Source of the DNA: Candidatus Moraniibacteriota bacterium
Lineage (GTDB): Bacteria > Patescibacteriota > Minisyncoccia > Moranbacterales > UBA11712
Assembly (NCBI GenBank): GCA_028695025.1
Contig: JAQVJV010000003.1
Span: 637-64,636 of the forward strand
DNA length: 64,000 nucleotides
Reading direction: 5' to 3'
The position numbers and the translations under genes were made by a program. A model generated the notes under the pieces. The model did not search any database, had not been told where the DNA came from, and was given only the letters and a program-made list of their open reading frames with translations. Below, one piece after another: positions 53,608-63,400 of the stretch (position 1 is its first letter; each line of letters begins with the position of its first letter).

Positions 53608-54438
53608 TTATTGCAAGCCTATTATCTTGTAGTTGCACTCCCCGTCCTGGGTGAGGGCGTTTGCTGTCAGAAATTGGACGCCGCCTATCTCCGCCCCGAT
53701 GTCGTAGTGCCAATGCCCCGTGAGCACATATTTCACGTTCGGCGTGAGCGCGTTGAAAAAATTTTCAAAAAGAGGCTCTTTGTCGCGCGTATATATGTCC
53801 TCCCGCGAGTTATAGAAAAAAGGAGGATGGTGCATGGCGATTACCACCTGCTTGTCCGTGCCGAGCGAATCCCGCAAAAAATTCAGCTGGGCATCGTCAA
53901 GGTATCCGGTCGAACTGCCGAATTGCTCGGCGGTGTCCAAAACTATAACGCGCAAATTGTCATAATCGGAAGAGTAATAGTTTTTGTCGGACAAAATTTT
54001 GAAATCGTCCGAGTCGTGGTTCCCCTTCACCCAAAGAAATTTGCGGCCGCCGACGATTGCTTTCATGTCGTTGTAATATTCAGCGCCTCCATTGTTCGTG
54101 TTGTCTCCCGTGGCGATGACCAAGTCTGTTCCGAGGCCGAGCACTTGTTCCAAACATTCCTTGTATTTGTTCGGGTAGATTATATTGTCACCCTCCTCCC
54201 GCTTGTTTTTCTTGTCCGCGTGGATGTCGGTGATCCAGGCGATTTTGGAAATGGCATTTTTGGGATGATCTTCGGGGCGTTCCTCCGCAAAAGCCGCCTG
54301 GCTTTCTTCAGTGCGGTTTTGTTTTTTTGCTTTGCCAACAAAAAAGATCAGCCCGATAGCAGCCAAAAAAACAATTATAGCTATTGTCGAAAATATTTTT
54401 TTGTTGAGTTTTTGCTCCATTACCAGCCATTTTAGCAT
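53608..54438 (-). CDS. Membrane-anchored calcineurin-like metallophosphoesterase
   Basis: N-terminal TM, then WITDIHAD, ATGDNTNNG, VKGNHD, and GHWHYDIG metal-ligand motifs. Confidence 0.8.
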   Translation of the reverse strand: MLKWLVMEQKLNKKIFSTIAIIVFLAAIGLIFFVGKAKKQNRTEESQAAFAEERPEDHPKNAISKIAWITDIHADKKNKREEGDNIIYPNKYKECLEQVLGLGTDLVIATGDNTNNGGAEYYNDMKAIVGGRKFLWVKGNHDSDDFKILSDKNYYSSDYDNLRVIVLDTAEQFGSSTGYLDDAQLNFLRDSLGTDKQVVIAMHHPPFFYNSREDIYTRDKEPLFENFFNALTPNVKYVLTGHWHYDIGAEIGGVQFLTANALTQDGECNYKIIGLQ

Positions 54439-54482
54439 ATCCGCGAAAACCTACCAATTTTTTCACGGATAAAATACACCGG

Positions 54483-55676
54483 CTATCGGCCGCCTTTGGA
54501 CAACAGCCCGTCGATCACGTCTTCATCCTTGCAACTGTACGCGTCGGAAGGAGAATAAAAGCCTTTTTTCGGGCCGTAGCATCCGCCGTTTTCTTTATAA
54601 AGCACGCCGAAATACGGCATGAGAAATCCCATATTCTTTTTGGAATCGAAATATTTATAAAGTTTTCGAAGGGTTTTTGCCCGTGTTTTCTCATCCATCC
54701 GGGCGAAAATATCAAGATCGTCCGAGGAAATTCCCGTCCAATCCAAGTGGAGCAAAACATTTTTCGCTTTCGAAGCATAAGCCTTGTTCCAAAGGAGCGC
54801 CCAACAGCTTCCGCGGCTGGAAAGGCACGGCCCGTCTTCGATATTTCCGGCGGCGTCAATTCCCACTCCCCCCTCGATATAGTCAAAAAGTTCGAGGTAT
54901 TTTTCGTCGGTAATGCTTCCCGTCTGCGCGCCGATCACCACATCCATGCCTTTTTTCTTGGCATAGCTACGGATATCTTTCACGATTTCGGGAGCGTAAT
55001 CTTTTTTTCCGCTCTCCTGCATATAAATTTGTCCAAAAGTGAAGCTTTGAACGCCGAGGTCAATCGCTTTTCGGGTAATATACTTTATGTAGCGTCGGTA
55101 TTCCGAGCTGGAAAAAGTCGGCACACACGTACGCTCTCCCCATTCATTCATTGTGTCCTCATGGCACATTTTCCGGAAATTGAAAACGTGACCGTCGTCG
55201 TCTTCGTAGCCGTCCTTGAAACGGATGGCTTCCGCGATGAACATGCCATAGACCACGTCCGACTTTGAGATTTGCGCCATGTTTTTTTCAATCACCTCGA
55301 AATCAGGCGGCTTGAGCCATGTTTCGACCGAACGATGGAGATAGTAACAACTCGAACGGTTGATGAGCTGGATGAATTCGCCTTGGTCGGGATTGTATTC
55401 CGTGAGAAGCCCGTCCGCCACGCAACCTTGGGACTTGAGCCGGTCCATATCCACCGGGGGAGGCGGCGCTTTTTCAATCCAAGCGGGCAAAACCCCGAGA
55501 AAAGAGTCAACCGCCGATTCCGAGACGCTCGGAACCCGCTCGGGCCCGGCTTCCGCGCTGGCTTTTTCCGTTTTTTTCCGGAATTCCAGATAGCCAAAAA
55601 CACCCGCCGCGAGAAAAACAACCGCGAGAACGGCCAAAAAATAGGGGTTTATTTTCCGCTTTTTCTTCCGTCTCAT
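54483..55676 (-). CDS. Hypothetical membrane-anchored protein (possibly a glycoside-hydrolase-like TIM-barrel domain)
   Basis: N-terminal TM (YFLAVLAVVFLAAGVFGYL) followed by a ~350-aa soluble domain with no firm family match. Confidence 0.5.
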   Translation of the reverse strand: MRRKKKRKINPYFLAVLAVVFLAAGVFGYLEFRKKTEKASAEAGPERVPSVSESAVDSFLGVLPAWIEKAPPPPVDMDRLKSQGCVADGLLTEYNPDQGEFIQLINRSSCYYLHRSVETWLKPPDFEVIEKNMAQISKSDVVYGMFIAEAIRFKDGYEDDDGHVFNFRKMCHEDTMNEWGERTCVPTFSSSEYRRYIKYITRKAIDLGVQSFTFGQIYMQESGKKDYAPEIVKDIRSYAKKKGMDVVIGAQTGSITDEKYLELFDYIEGGVGIDAAGNIEDGPCLSSRGSCWALLWNKAYASKAKNVLLHLDWTGISSDDLDIFARMDEKTRAKTLRKLYKYFDSKKNMGFLMPYFGVLYKENGGCYGPKKGFYSPSDAYSCKDEDVIDGLLSKGGR

Positions 55677-55740
55677 AGCTTCTCACTTTAGCCTACTTTT
55701 TCTTACGCGGCAAGCGGGAAATTGCATTTGGCAAAAAACA

Positions 55741-55778
55741 AAAAACCCGCACGGGATTGTGCGGATTTTTTCGCGAAA
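55741..55778 (-). terminator. Rho-independent terminator after the lipoprotein gene
   Basis: Minus strand: CCGCACAATCCCGTGCGG followed by GTTTTTTGTTTTTT. Confidence 0.55.
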
Positions 55779-55787
55779 AAAGTTTTT

Positions 55788-56459
55788 TTATTCTTGGCAA
55801 GCCGCCTGGCATTGGGCCTTGGCACCAGCATCCGGGATGGAATCGCACATTTCGCAAGAAATTGCCGGCATTTGCTGTTGAGCTTTGTTTTTCATATCTT
55901 CCATGATTTTTGATTGGTCGACAAAATCCACTTCTGTCGGGACCGAAAACATTGAGTCGTCCGCTTTCCAAGATTCGCAGTCAAAATCCATCTTTTCATC
56001 GAGTTGATTTTCGGCGGGAGCTGGAGCCGGTGCTCCCGGGGAATTTTCTCCGGACGAGGGCATATTTTGAGCTTCTTCGATATTTATCTTCATTCCTGAA
56101 GCGTTTCCTTCGTTCCAGGAATACATCCAGCCATCAGCAATGATCACGTGAGCGGTGGTTTGGGACGAGTCTCCGGCTTGCGACGTGACATCCGACCGGA
56201 TTTTCCCGTCGGCAACATAAGTCGTGCCGCTTGAGCTGAATTTGCCGTCGCTGTTCGAATAGGCGCACTTGAGCGACCCGCCTTTGGCCAGCAAGTCTTT
56301 CATGCTCCCGGAAAATTTGTTTCCCTGGTTTTGATCGACCGTTTTATTTTGATTCTCTGCGGATTGTTCCGAGTTCGATGCCGGCTGATTCTTCGCGCCG
56401 CACCCGGCCAGAAAAACAACACCAAGCGCCAACGCGGCCGCAGTAATAATTTTTTTCAT
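55788..56459 (-). CDS. Lipoprotein, hypothetical, with a Cys-rich C-terminus
   Basis: Lipobox MKKIITAAALALGVVFLAGC and a C-terminal CEMCDSIPDAGAKAQCQAACQE. Confidence 0.65.
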   Translation of the reverse strand: MKKIITAAALALGVVFLAGCGAKNQPASNSEQSAENQNKTVDQNQGNKFSGSMKDLLAKGGSLKCAYSNSDGKFSSSGTTYVADGKIRSDVTSQAGDSSQTTAHVIIADGWMYSWNEGNASGMKINIEEAQNMPSSGENSPGAPAPAPAENQLDEKMDFDCESWKADDSMFSVPTEVDFVDQSKIMEDMKNKAQQQMPAISCEMCDSIPDAGAKAQCQAACQE

Positions 56460-56530
56460 TTTTATGTTCTTAAGAATTAGCTGATTCTTATTATAATCCG
56501 GGGAAACCGCGCGGTCAAAGAATTATTTCG

Positions 56531-57199
56531 CTATGTTTTTAATTTTCCCGACCGGAAACTTTTTCCGACCACAGCGCCGATCACCGCCCCCGCGATCGCT
56601 CCCGCCAAAAAATCGGAAAACCAGTGAATCGTCGCCGAAACTCCAATCCCGATATAAAAAGCATAAGCCAAGGCGATATATTTCAGAAACTTGTCCTTTG
56701 GGCGAAGCGTGATGAGCGCCAACGCCATCGAAAAAGCCACCGCCGTGTGCGACGATGGCCAGCCAAAAAAAATCCCTCCGCGCCCGAGGCCGAAACGAAA
56801 AATGTGGCTCGTATCGGAGATTAATCCTCCTGCTATAATCCCAGGCGGTTCCGGGCGACCCGTGAAAAATTTGAAGAAAGAAGACACAAGCCAGCCAAGA
56901 ACCACCGCCTGGCCAACGGCAAAAGCGACGATTTCAAGTTTTCTTTTTTTCGCCCAAGAACTCAAAAGCCAAAACGGCAGGATTCCAAACATCGGGACAA
57001 ACCCGCCCAAAAGCACTGCCGGCCAAAGAATATTTTGGAGAATGGCATTGCGCGTCAATTCAAAATACCGCCAATCAAAACCGGAAAAAACCAAAATGCC
57101 GGTCAAGACAAACGCCGCCAAAATCCAAACCAAATTCCACCCCGAAAAAACGCGGGCGATGTTTTTGGAAATATTTCGAAAAAATCCAAATGTAGCCAT
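56531..57199 (-). CDS. PAP2-family (type-2 phosphatidic acid / undecaprenyl-PP) phosphatase
   Basis: The polytopic membrane protein carries the PAP2 PSGH motif (WPSSHTAVAF) and the C3 His…Asp motif (TIHWFSDFLAG). Confidence 0.75.
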   Translation of the reverse strand: MATFGFFRNISKNIARVFSGWNLVWILAAFVLTGILVFSGFDWRYFELTRNAILQNILWPAVLLGGFVPMFGILPFWLLSSWAKKRKLEIVAFAVGQAVVLGWLVSSFFKFFTGRPEPPGIIAGGLISDTSHIFRFGLGRGGIFFGWPSSHTAVAFSMALALITLRPKDKFLKYIALAYAFYIGIGVSATIHWFSDFLAGAIAGAVIGAVVGKSFRSGKLKT

Positions 57200-57450
57200 A
57201 GGTGAAATCTTATTCTTATTTTATCACAAACAAAACCCGCCTCGAAATTGAGACGGGCGGTTGATAAACACAACGTGAGCATATCACCGGCCGGAAACCG
57301 AAGTTTCGAGGAATTGATAAGGGGTTGGGAATTCTCTTTCGAAATGCAATAATCTTCCTCCGGATCGGGTAATACTTTTTAGCTGACCAATAATTGAAAA
57401 GTTATGTAAATGCAGTATGCTAAAATAGGGGGAGAGGCGGATTATATTTT

Positions 57451-57624
57451 ATGCGTTCGAAATTATTTCTCCTTTCATTTTTGATTTTGGTTTTGGCGGC
57501 AGGAATGATTGCTTGTTTCTTTTTGCCAAAGCGAAACCTACCGGAATTTATCAAAGATAAATCCTTTTTTCATAAAAGGAATTTTTTCGGAAATTTTGAT
57601 CACCGCGCCAGCGTGCTGATGTAG
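57451..57624 (+). CDS. Possible small membrane protein (57 aa)
   Basis: GGGGGAGAGG lies 9 nt upstream of the ATG. The N-terminal hydrophobic helix is LFLLSFLILVLAAGMIACFF. It overlaps the convergent small ORF below, so at most one of the two is likely real. Confidence 0.25.
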   Translation: MRSKLFLLSFLILVLAAGMIACFFLPKRNLPEFIKDKSFFHKRNFFGNFDHRASVLM

Positions 57625-57764
57625 CTGCCGAGATAGTACGGCCAGACGACGACCGCCAGCACGCCCGTCCAAAACGAGAGATGGAGGAAACCGATCGTGA
57701 ACAGCCAGCCGGCGAACCAGGAAAACGCCGAGAAGCTATGGTTTTCGATTTTTATCTTTTCCAT
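57600..57764 (-). CDS. Possible small membrane protein (54 aa)
   Basis: A GC-rich island in an AT-rich spacer. Product MEKIKIENHSFSAFSWFAGWLFTIGFLHLSFWTGVLAVVVWPYYLGSYISTLAR. Confidence 0.3.
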   Translation of the reverse strand: MEKIKIENHSFSAFSWFAGWLFTIGFLHLSFWTGVLAVVVWPYYLGSYISTLAR

Positions 57765-58165
57765 GGCTTTATTTTATCATCCTTCGGGAAAAATAATAGG
57801 GCCGGCCGTTTAGCCTGCCCTATTTCTGGCAAAAATTAACGCAATCTTTTTCAATTTCTTGGAGATTCAGGGGATTGTTACCGCAACTGCAGTAATAAGC
57901 CGGTCTCCCTCACCTTTCACCAAGAAAAATAAAATGGTTTCCAATTTCTTCATAGAAACCGCTGATGATTCCCTTTGCCCGGAGCAAACCGCGATCGTGC
58001 ATAGACAGCTTTTCAATTTGATCCAGTGGTAAAAAGTACAATGTTTCCCTCCTCAAAATATAATTTGATCAACTTTTTATAACTTTATCATAATGCATTT
58101 GACTTACGGCAACAATAAAATAGAATTTTTATAGCCCACTAACAATTTGAAAGGAGAAGGAAAAA

Positions 58166-58504
58166 TTGGATACAATAACTCCAGAGATAATAGACGCTGT
58201 CCAGAAAATTTTGGACCAGCAGGGTTTTTCGGATGAGAAGATTGAAGCTCTGCATAAAATTCATCCGAACTGGCGATTGATAGCTAAGCAATTATCGCAA
58301 GAAATGGCACAAAAAAATCCCATACAGATAACGCAAGTCCGTATCGGCATGGGAGTAATCACCAAAAAAGATACTCTATTCCGAGACCAATTTGAAAAAA
58401 TCAAACTACAAAAAAGAAATTGCCCTGGTTTTTTTGCGTGCGGTGCAGGCTCCAAAAGCCGAAGCTGGCCTGAATTTACCTGCGAAAATTGTCCTTATTA
58501 TTAA
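58166..58504 (+). CDS. Hypothetical protein with a C-terminal Cys cluster (TTG start)
   Basis: AAAGGAGAAGG lies 7 nt upstream of the TTG. The C-terminus is CPGFFACGAG…CENCPYY. It is followed by a terminator. Confidence 0.5.
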   Translation: MDTITPEIIDAVQKILDQQGFSDEKIEALHKIHPNWRLIAKQLSQEMAQKNPIQITQVRIGMGVITKKDTLFRDQFEKIKLQKRNCPGFFACGAGSKSRSWPEFTCENCPYY

Positions 58505-58515
58505 GGAACCCGAAT

Positions 58516-58560
58516 AGCCTTGGCGAAACCGCCCGGGCTATTATCTTTTTCTTGACATAT
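58516..58560 (+). terminator. Rho-independent terminator
   Basis: AATAGCC-ttggcgaaaccgcccg-GGCTATT followed by ATCTTTTTCTT. Confidence 0.5.
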
Positions 58561-58580
58561 ATCGAAAATTTGCTAGACTT
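58551..58580 (+). promoter_or_regulatory. Candidate sigma70-type promoter for the RND efflux operon
   Basis: TTGACA (58551..58556), a 17-bp spacer, then TAGACT. The position is appropriate for the RND operon, but the -10 match is weak. Confidence 0.3.
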
Positions 58581-58641
58581 GAGAACTAAAAAATGATGGC
58601 TGAAAAACGTCATTTTTTTGTGGAAAAAATAATTTTTTAGC

Positions 58642-59802
58642 TTGAATTTTCCAATGAAAAGAAAAGATATTGTGACTTTTGGACTAATTATTCTCACTGC
58701 GGTTTTTTTCGTCGCCGTTGCCGTTCATTTTCGAAAAACTTCCACTCCCGCTCCGGAAACTTCCCGGCCGGCACCTGAAGTCACCGTCCAGTCTGTTGCC
58801 GCGAGCCACATCTATATGGAATCGGTCCAATATCCGGCGAATATTGTCGGCGATCAGGAAATCCAAGTGGCAGCCACCGCGACCGGAACTGCGACCGTGG
58901 CTAATTTTTCGCTTGGAGATTATGTCCCAGCGGGAGCCTTGCTTGTGAAAATTGATAACATCGGGCCGAATCTCAAAACCGAAAAAGCTGGATTCGAGAG
59001 TAGCGCCGTGCAGCAATCCTACCTCTCAGTCAAACAAGCAGAAGAAAATCTCGATCTTGCCGAGGAAAATTATGACAATATCAAAGACCAATACGATTAT
59101 CAAAAGAAAAATCCAACCGCCGCCCAAACCGTCACTAAAGCCGATCGCGACGCCGCCAAAAAAGCAGTCGACCTCGCCGAAATCGCGCTTGAAAACGCCA
59201 AGGTGGGATACAAAGGCACACTTGATAATCACTTGGTGACAAGCCCGATCAGCGGATACGTCACCGAAAAATCAGTGAGCGCTGGCGATTCCGTTTCAAA
59301 TGGACAAACCCTTTTCTCAATCAGCAAAACTAAAAAGGTAAAAGTTCAGTTTTTCGTTGATGAAAACCAATTGTCTTCGCTCGCCAAAGGGCAAATCATC
59401 ACCCTCGCTGACAATTCCGGAAATCAAATTCCAGTCGTCATTCAGAACGTTTCCCCGCAGGCTGATACAGCCACCAAACGATTTTTGATTGAAGCCTATC
59501 CCAAAAGTCCGAACGAAAACACTCTCATCGCCGGAACAGTAGTAGGTGTCTCTTTCTTTTTTTCTAAAAATCCCAGCCAGCCGGACACTCTCATTCTGCC
59601 TCTTGCCGCACTCAACGTCGGACAAAACGAGAATTATATCTTCACCGCCGAAGACGGAAAAGCCAAGAAAGTGAATGTGGACGTGGTTCAGGTGAGTGGG
59701 CAAACAGTTGAGATAAAAGCCGGCCTCTCCTCGGATGCTGAAATCATTATCAACGGAAGCAAACTCGTCCGGGACGGCCAAGTGATAAATATTTCGAAAT
59801 AG
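58642..59802 (+). CDS. Efflux RND transporter periplasmic adaptor subunit (membrane fusion protein, HlyD/AcrA family)
   Basis: N-terminal TM anchor, a biotinyl/lipoyl-like hairpin region, a coiled coil (SYLSVKQAEENLDLAEENYDNIKDQYD…), and beta-barrel/MP domains. It lies immediately upstream of the RND permease. Confidence 0.8.
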   Translation: MNFPMKRKDIVTFGLIILTAVFFVAVAVHFRKTSTPAPETSRPAPEVTVQSVAASHIYMESVQYPANIVGDQEIQVAATATGTATVANFSLGDYVPAGALLVKIDNIGPNLKTEKAGFESSAVQQSYLSVKQAEENLDLAEENYDNIKDQYDYQKKNPTAAQTVTKADRDAAKKAVDLAEIALENAKVGYKGTLDNHLVTSPISGYVTEKSVSAGDSVSNGQTLFSISKTKKVKVQFFVDENQLSSLAKGQIITLADNSGNQIPVVIQNVSPQADTATKRFLIEAYPKSPNENTLIAGTVVGVSFFFSKNPSQPDTLILPLAALNVGQNENYIFTAEDGKAKKVNVDVVQVSGQTVEIKAGLSSDAEIIINGSKLVRDGQVINISK

Positions 59803-59805
59803 ACC

Positions 59806-62800
59806 ATGGAAAATCCGGAAAACAACCGAAAACCCGAATATACCACAACTGATTCGGCCTACCTCGACCGGCTTGAATTCAAGCCGGAATTGCGCAAAAC
59901 TTGGCTCAATTTTTTCGTCACCCGCTGGCGGGTGGTCGCGCTTTTGATTCTGCTTGTTTCGGTTTGGGGGATTTATTCTTTCTTCCAGCTCCCCCGCGAA
60001 TCAAATCCGGAAGTGAAAATTCCGATTGCCGTAATCACCGATGTATATCCCGGCGCATCCCCTTCCGATGTCGAAGAGCTCGTCACTAAAAAAATCGAAA
60101 CGGATATTTCGGGTGTGGCCGGCATAGATAAAATCACTTCAAGTTCAACCAATTCTTTTTCCGCTGTCACGGTAGAATTTGATTCGGACCAAGATATCGA
60201 CAATTCCATCCGCAGCCTGCGCGACAAGTTGAGTTCAATCCGGAATGACATCCCGGAAGACGCCAACGATCCGGAAGTGGTGGAAATATCTTTTGACGAC
60301 ACGCCGATTGTCACTTTCGAACTCGTCGGGCCCTATGACGGTTTCCAGATGCGCCAATATGCCGAAACCATCCAGAATGAGCTGGAGAAAAATCCGGGAA
60401 TCCGCGAAGTGCAAGTTGACGGTGGGGACGAACGCGAATTTGACGTCGCTTATGACCCGCAAAAACTGACTTTTTACGGCATAACCATCGACCAGGCCAA
60501 CCAGGCCATCGCCGCCACCAACAAGGCTGTTCCGGCCGGAAATTTCAAAGGCGCCGAGTTTGATTATTCCGTGCGCTCCGACGCCCGCCTTTTTGACGCG
60601 GCCGCATTCGGAAATATCCCCGTTTCGCACACCGGTTTGGGAGCCATTGTTTTTCTCAAAGACATCGCCGATGTGAAAGAAACCTCCATTGAAAAAACCG
60701 TCCTTTCGAGATTTTCCATCAACGGCAAAACGCCGCAGAACGCCGTCACTATCCAAGTCGTGAAACGTGTCGGCGGAAATATCCTGGAAACAGTTGACGA
60801 ATCCAAGCAAACCATCGACGACTTAACCAAAACCTTCCCGCCGGGAATCGAATACCGGACTACCGTGAACATGGCCGAGGAAATCAACAAGGATTTCGCC
60901 CAACTCCAGCACGATTTTCTTTTGACGCTCTCTCTGGTCATGATCATTTTATTCCTCATTGTAGGGCTCAAGGAAGCACTGGTTGCAGGACTTGCGATCC
61001 CTTTGGTTTTTTTCGTCACCTTCGGAGTGATGAAAGGGACCGGGACAACCCTGAACTTCCTTTCAATTTTTTCCTTGCTTCTTTCTCTCGGCCTTTTGGT
61101 GGATGACGCCATCGTGGTGGTTTCCGCCACCAAGCAATATATGAAAACCGGAAAATACACGCCGGAAGAAGCCGTCCTTCTGGTGCTTAATGATTTCAAA
61201 ATCGTGCTCACCACAACAACGCTTGCCACTGTTTGGGCTTTTCTTCCTCTTCTTCTTTCGACCGGCATCATCGGCGAATTTATCAAATCCATTCCAATCA
61301 CTGTCTCCGTTACGCTCACCGCCTCCCTCCTTATCGCGCTCATGATTAACCATCCGTTGGCAGCGGTGCTCGAGCGCATCCGTTTCACCAAGGGATTCTA
61401 TGCCGTCACCATATTCCTCCTTCTCGCCCTCGGCTCATTCGGCGCTTATCAGCACAATATCATCGGCTATGCCATCGCCATCCTTTCCTTCTTCATCCTC
61501 GCCTGGCTCATTTTTTGGTATTCACAATCCGGAAAAAATATTCTTGTACGCAACCAGGCTTTGATGGAACGCGAAAGCGCCGATGACAGGCTCATCAAAG
61601 AAAAACTTTTGAAACAAGGGAACCGCGAAGAATCCACCCTTGCGGAAAAAATCATCCACGGGATCATCCGGTTCGACGCGGTCTTGCCTGTTTATGAAAA
61701 ATATCTTCGCAAGCTCTTAGTCACCCAAAAAAGGCGCGCCTTTACGCTTGTCGGAACCCTTGCCTTGTTTTTGGCCGCGTTTTCCCTTTTGGCCTTCGGG
61801 GTTGTGAAGACGGAATTTTTTCCACCCCAGGACTCCGAAAATCTCTATGTTTCCATCGAAGGTCCGCCGGGACTCGACTTGGACCAGACCAACCTGATCG
61901 CCGAAAAGGTGGAAGAGCGCTTGCTTAAATATCCGGAAATACTGAATTTTTCTACGCTGGTCGGAAATCCCGGAAGCGACGGCGGAAGTATTTCCGTGAG
62001 CCAGAACACTTCAAACACCGCTTCGATGACCGTCAAGCTGACAGACACTTCGGATCGTTCCATTGCTTCCTATGATATTGCCGCCAAAATACGCGCGGAT
62101 ATTTCCGATATCCAGGGCGCGACCATTTCCGTCACCACTCCGAGCGGCGGACCGCCTTCCGGTTCCGCTTTTCAAGCCCAAATTTCCGGCGACGATTTGC
62201 AAACGCTCGACGAAATCGCCCATGATCTGAAACCGATCCTCGATTCCATACCCGGCGCCGTGAACAGCGACATTTCTTTCAAAAACGCACCAGCTGAATA
62301 CACTTTTCAGCTCGATCCGGCCAAAATGGAGCTTTACGGCCTCACGGCAAACTCGGTCGGATCAACTCTCCGCACTGCCATCTCCGGAACAACTGTAAGT
62401 ACCGTCATCGCCAGAAACAAAACTATCGATGTCGTCGCCAAATTTTCCGAAGAAAAAATCCCCGATCTCGACGCGCTTCAAAATCTTGAGATCATGAACA
62501 GCGCCAGCCAGCCGGTTTTCGTGAAGGACGTGGCCACGGTGAAGCTCATCCCCTCCGTGGACACCATCACCCGCCTCGACCAAAAACGCACGGTATACAT
62601 CACCGCCGACGTTTCGGGCGAAAACAGTTCTACCCAAGTCGTGAAAGAGTTCCAAGATAAATTGGCCGCCGAATACCAGCTCCCCGACGGCTACGCCATT
62701 TCCTACGGCGGGGAAGAAGAACAGAATACCGAATCAGTGGTTTCCATCCTGCGGGCCATGATTATCGCTGCCGTGCTCATCATCGCCACCCTGGTCATCC

Positions 62801-63231
62801 AGTTTGATTCTTTCATCGAAGCCTTTGTCGTTCTCGCGACCCTGCCGCTTGCTCTCATCGGCGTATTCATCGGCATGGCCATCTTCAACGTGAGTTTGAG
62901 TTTTCCGGGACTTATCGGGATCCTCGCGCTTTTCGGCATTGTCGTGAAGAATGCCATCATCCTTATCGACAAGATCAATTTAAACATACGCACTGGAATA
63001 CCCTTTGAGACTTCCGTGATCGACGCCGGGAAATCACGGCTCGAGGCGATCTTCATCACTTCATTTTGCACAATTGCGGGGATCATCCCTATCACCCTTT
63101 CCAACGAACTCTGGCGGGCTCTCGGAAGCGCCATCATTTTCGGCCTTTCCATTTCCTCTTTCTTCACCCTTTTCATCATCCCGACGCTCTATATCTCTTT
63201 CGTAAAAAACAAAAAGAAGCAAAACTTGTAG
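59806..63231 (+). CDS. Efflux RND transporter permease (AcrB/AcrD/AcrF family)
   Basis: 1141 aa, 12 TM helices with two large periplasmic loops, and the typical N-terminus (VTRWRVVALLILLVSVWGIYSFFQLPRESNPEVKIPIAVITDVYPGASP). Confidence 0.9.
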   Translation: MENPENNRKPEYTTTDSAYLDRLEFKPELRKTWLNFFVTRWRVVALLILLVSVWGIYSFFQLPRESNPEVKIPIAVITDVYPGASPSDVEELVTKKIETDISGVAGIDKITSSSTNSFSAVTVEFDSDQDIDNSIRSLRDKLSSIRNDIPEDANDPEVVEISFDDTPIVTFELVGPYDGFQMRQYAETIQNELEKNPGIREVQVDGGDEREFDVAYDPQKLTFYGITIDQANQAIAATNKAVPAGNFKGAEFDYSVRSDARLFDAAAFGNIPVSHTGLGAIVFLKDIADVKETSIEKTVLSRFSINGKTPQNAVTIQVVKRVGGNILETVDESKQTIDDLTKTFPPGIEYRTTVNMAEEINKDFAQLQHDFLLTLSLVMIILFLIVGLKEALVAGLAIPLVFFVTFGVMKGTGTTLNFLSIFSLLLSLGLLVDDAIVVVSATKQYMKTGKYTPEEAVLLVLNDFKIVLTTTTLATVWAFLPLLLSTGIIGEFIKSIPITVSVTLTASLLIALMINHPLAAVLERIRFTKGFYAVTIFLLLALGSFGAYQHNIIGYAIAILSFFILAWLIFWYSQSGKNILVRNQALMERESADDRLIKEKLLKQGNREESTLAEKIIHGIIRFDAVLPVYEKYLRKLLVTQKRRAFTLVGTLALFLAAFSLLAFGVVKTEFFPPQDSENLYVSIEGPPGLDLDQTNLIAEKVEERLLKYPEILNFSTLVGNPGSDGGSISVSQNTSNTASMTVKLTDTSDRSIASYDIAAKIRADISDIQGATISVTTPSGGPPSGSAFQAQISGDDLQTLDEIAHDLKPILDSIPGAVNSDISFKNAPAEYTFQLDPAKMELYGLTANSVGSTLRTAISGTTVSTVIARNKTIDVVAKFSEEKIPDLDALQNLEIMNSASQPVFVKDVATVKLIPSVDTITRLDQKRTVYITADVSGENSSTQVVKEFQDKLAAEYQLPDGYAISYGGEEEQNTESVVSILRAMIIAAVLIIATLVIQFDSFIEAFVVLATLPLALIGVFIGMAIFNVSLSFPGLIGILALFGIVVKNAIILIDKINLNIRTGIPFETSVIDAGKSRLEAIFITSFCTIAGIIPITLSNELWRALGSAIIFGLSISSFFTLFIIPTLYISFVKNKKKQNL

Positions 63232-63400
63232 GATCTCGCCCCGAAGATTTGCCAGGAAAAAGATTGCTTGATAAAATTCATCTGTGCAAGACATCTATCG
63301 CTATTCCAACCGAAGGTACCGGTTCAATCCTCCTCCCAAAAAACCAAAATCAAAATCCGGTTTTCTGGTTTTTTTTCTTTTTCTCCTTGTCATTTTGATC

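Noticed and set aside
53611-54435. 274-aa plus-strand ORF almost exactly coextensive with the metallophosphoesterase gene
   Set aside because: The minus-strand product carries the complete GDxxD/GNHD/GHWH phosphoesterase motif set. The plus-strand product has no motifs and is an antisense shadow ORF.
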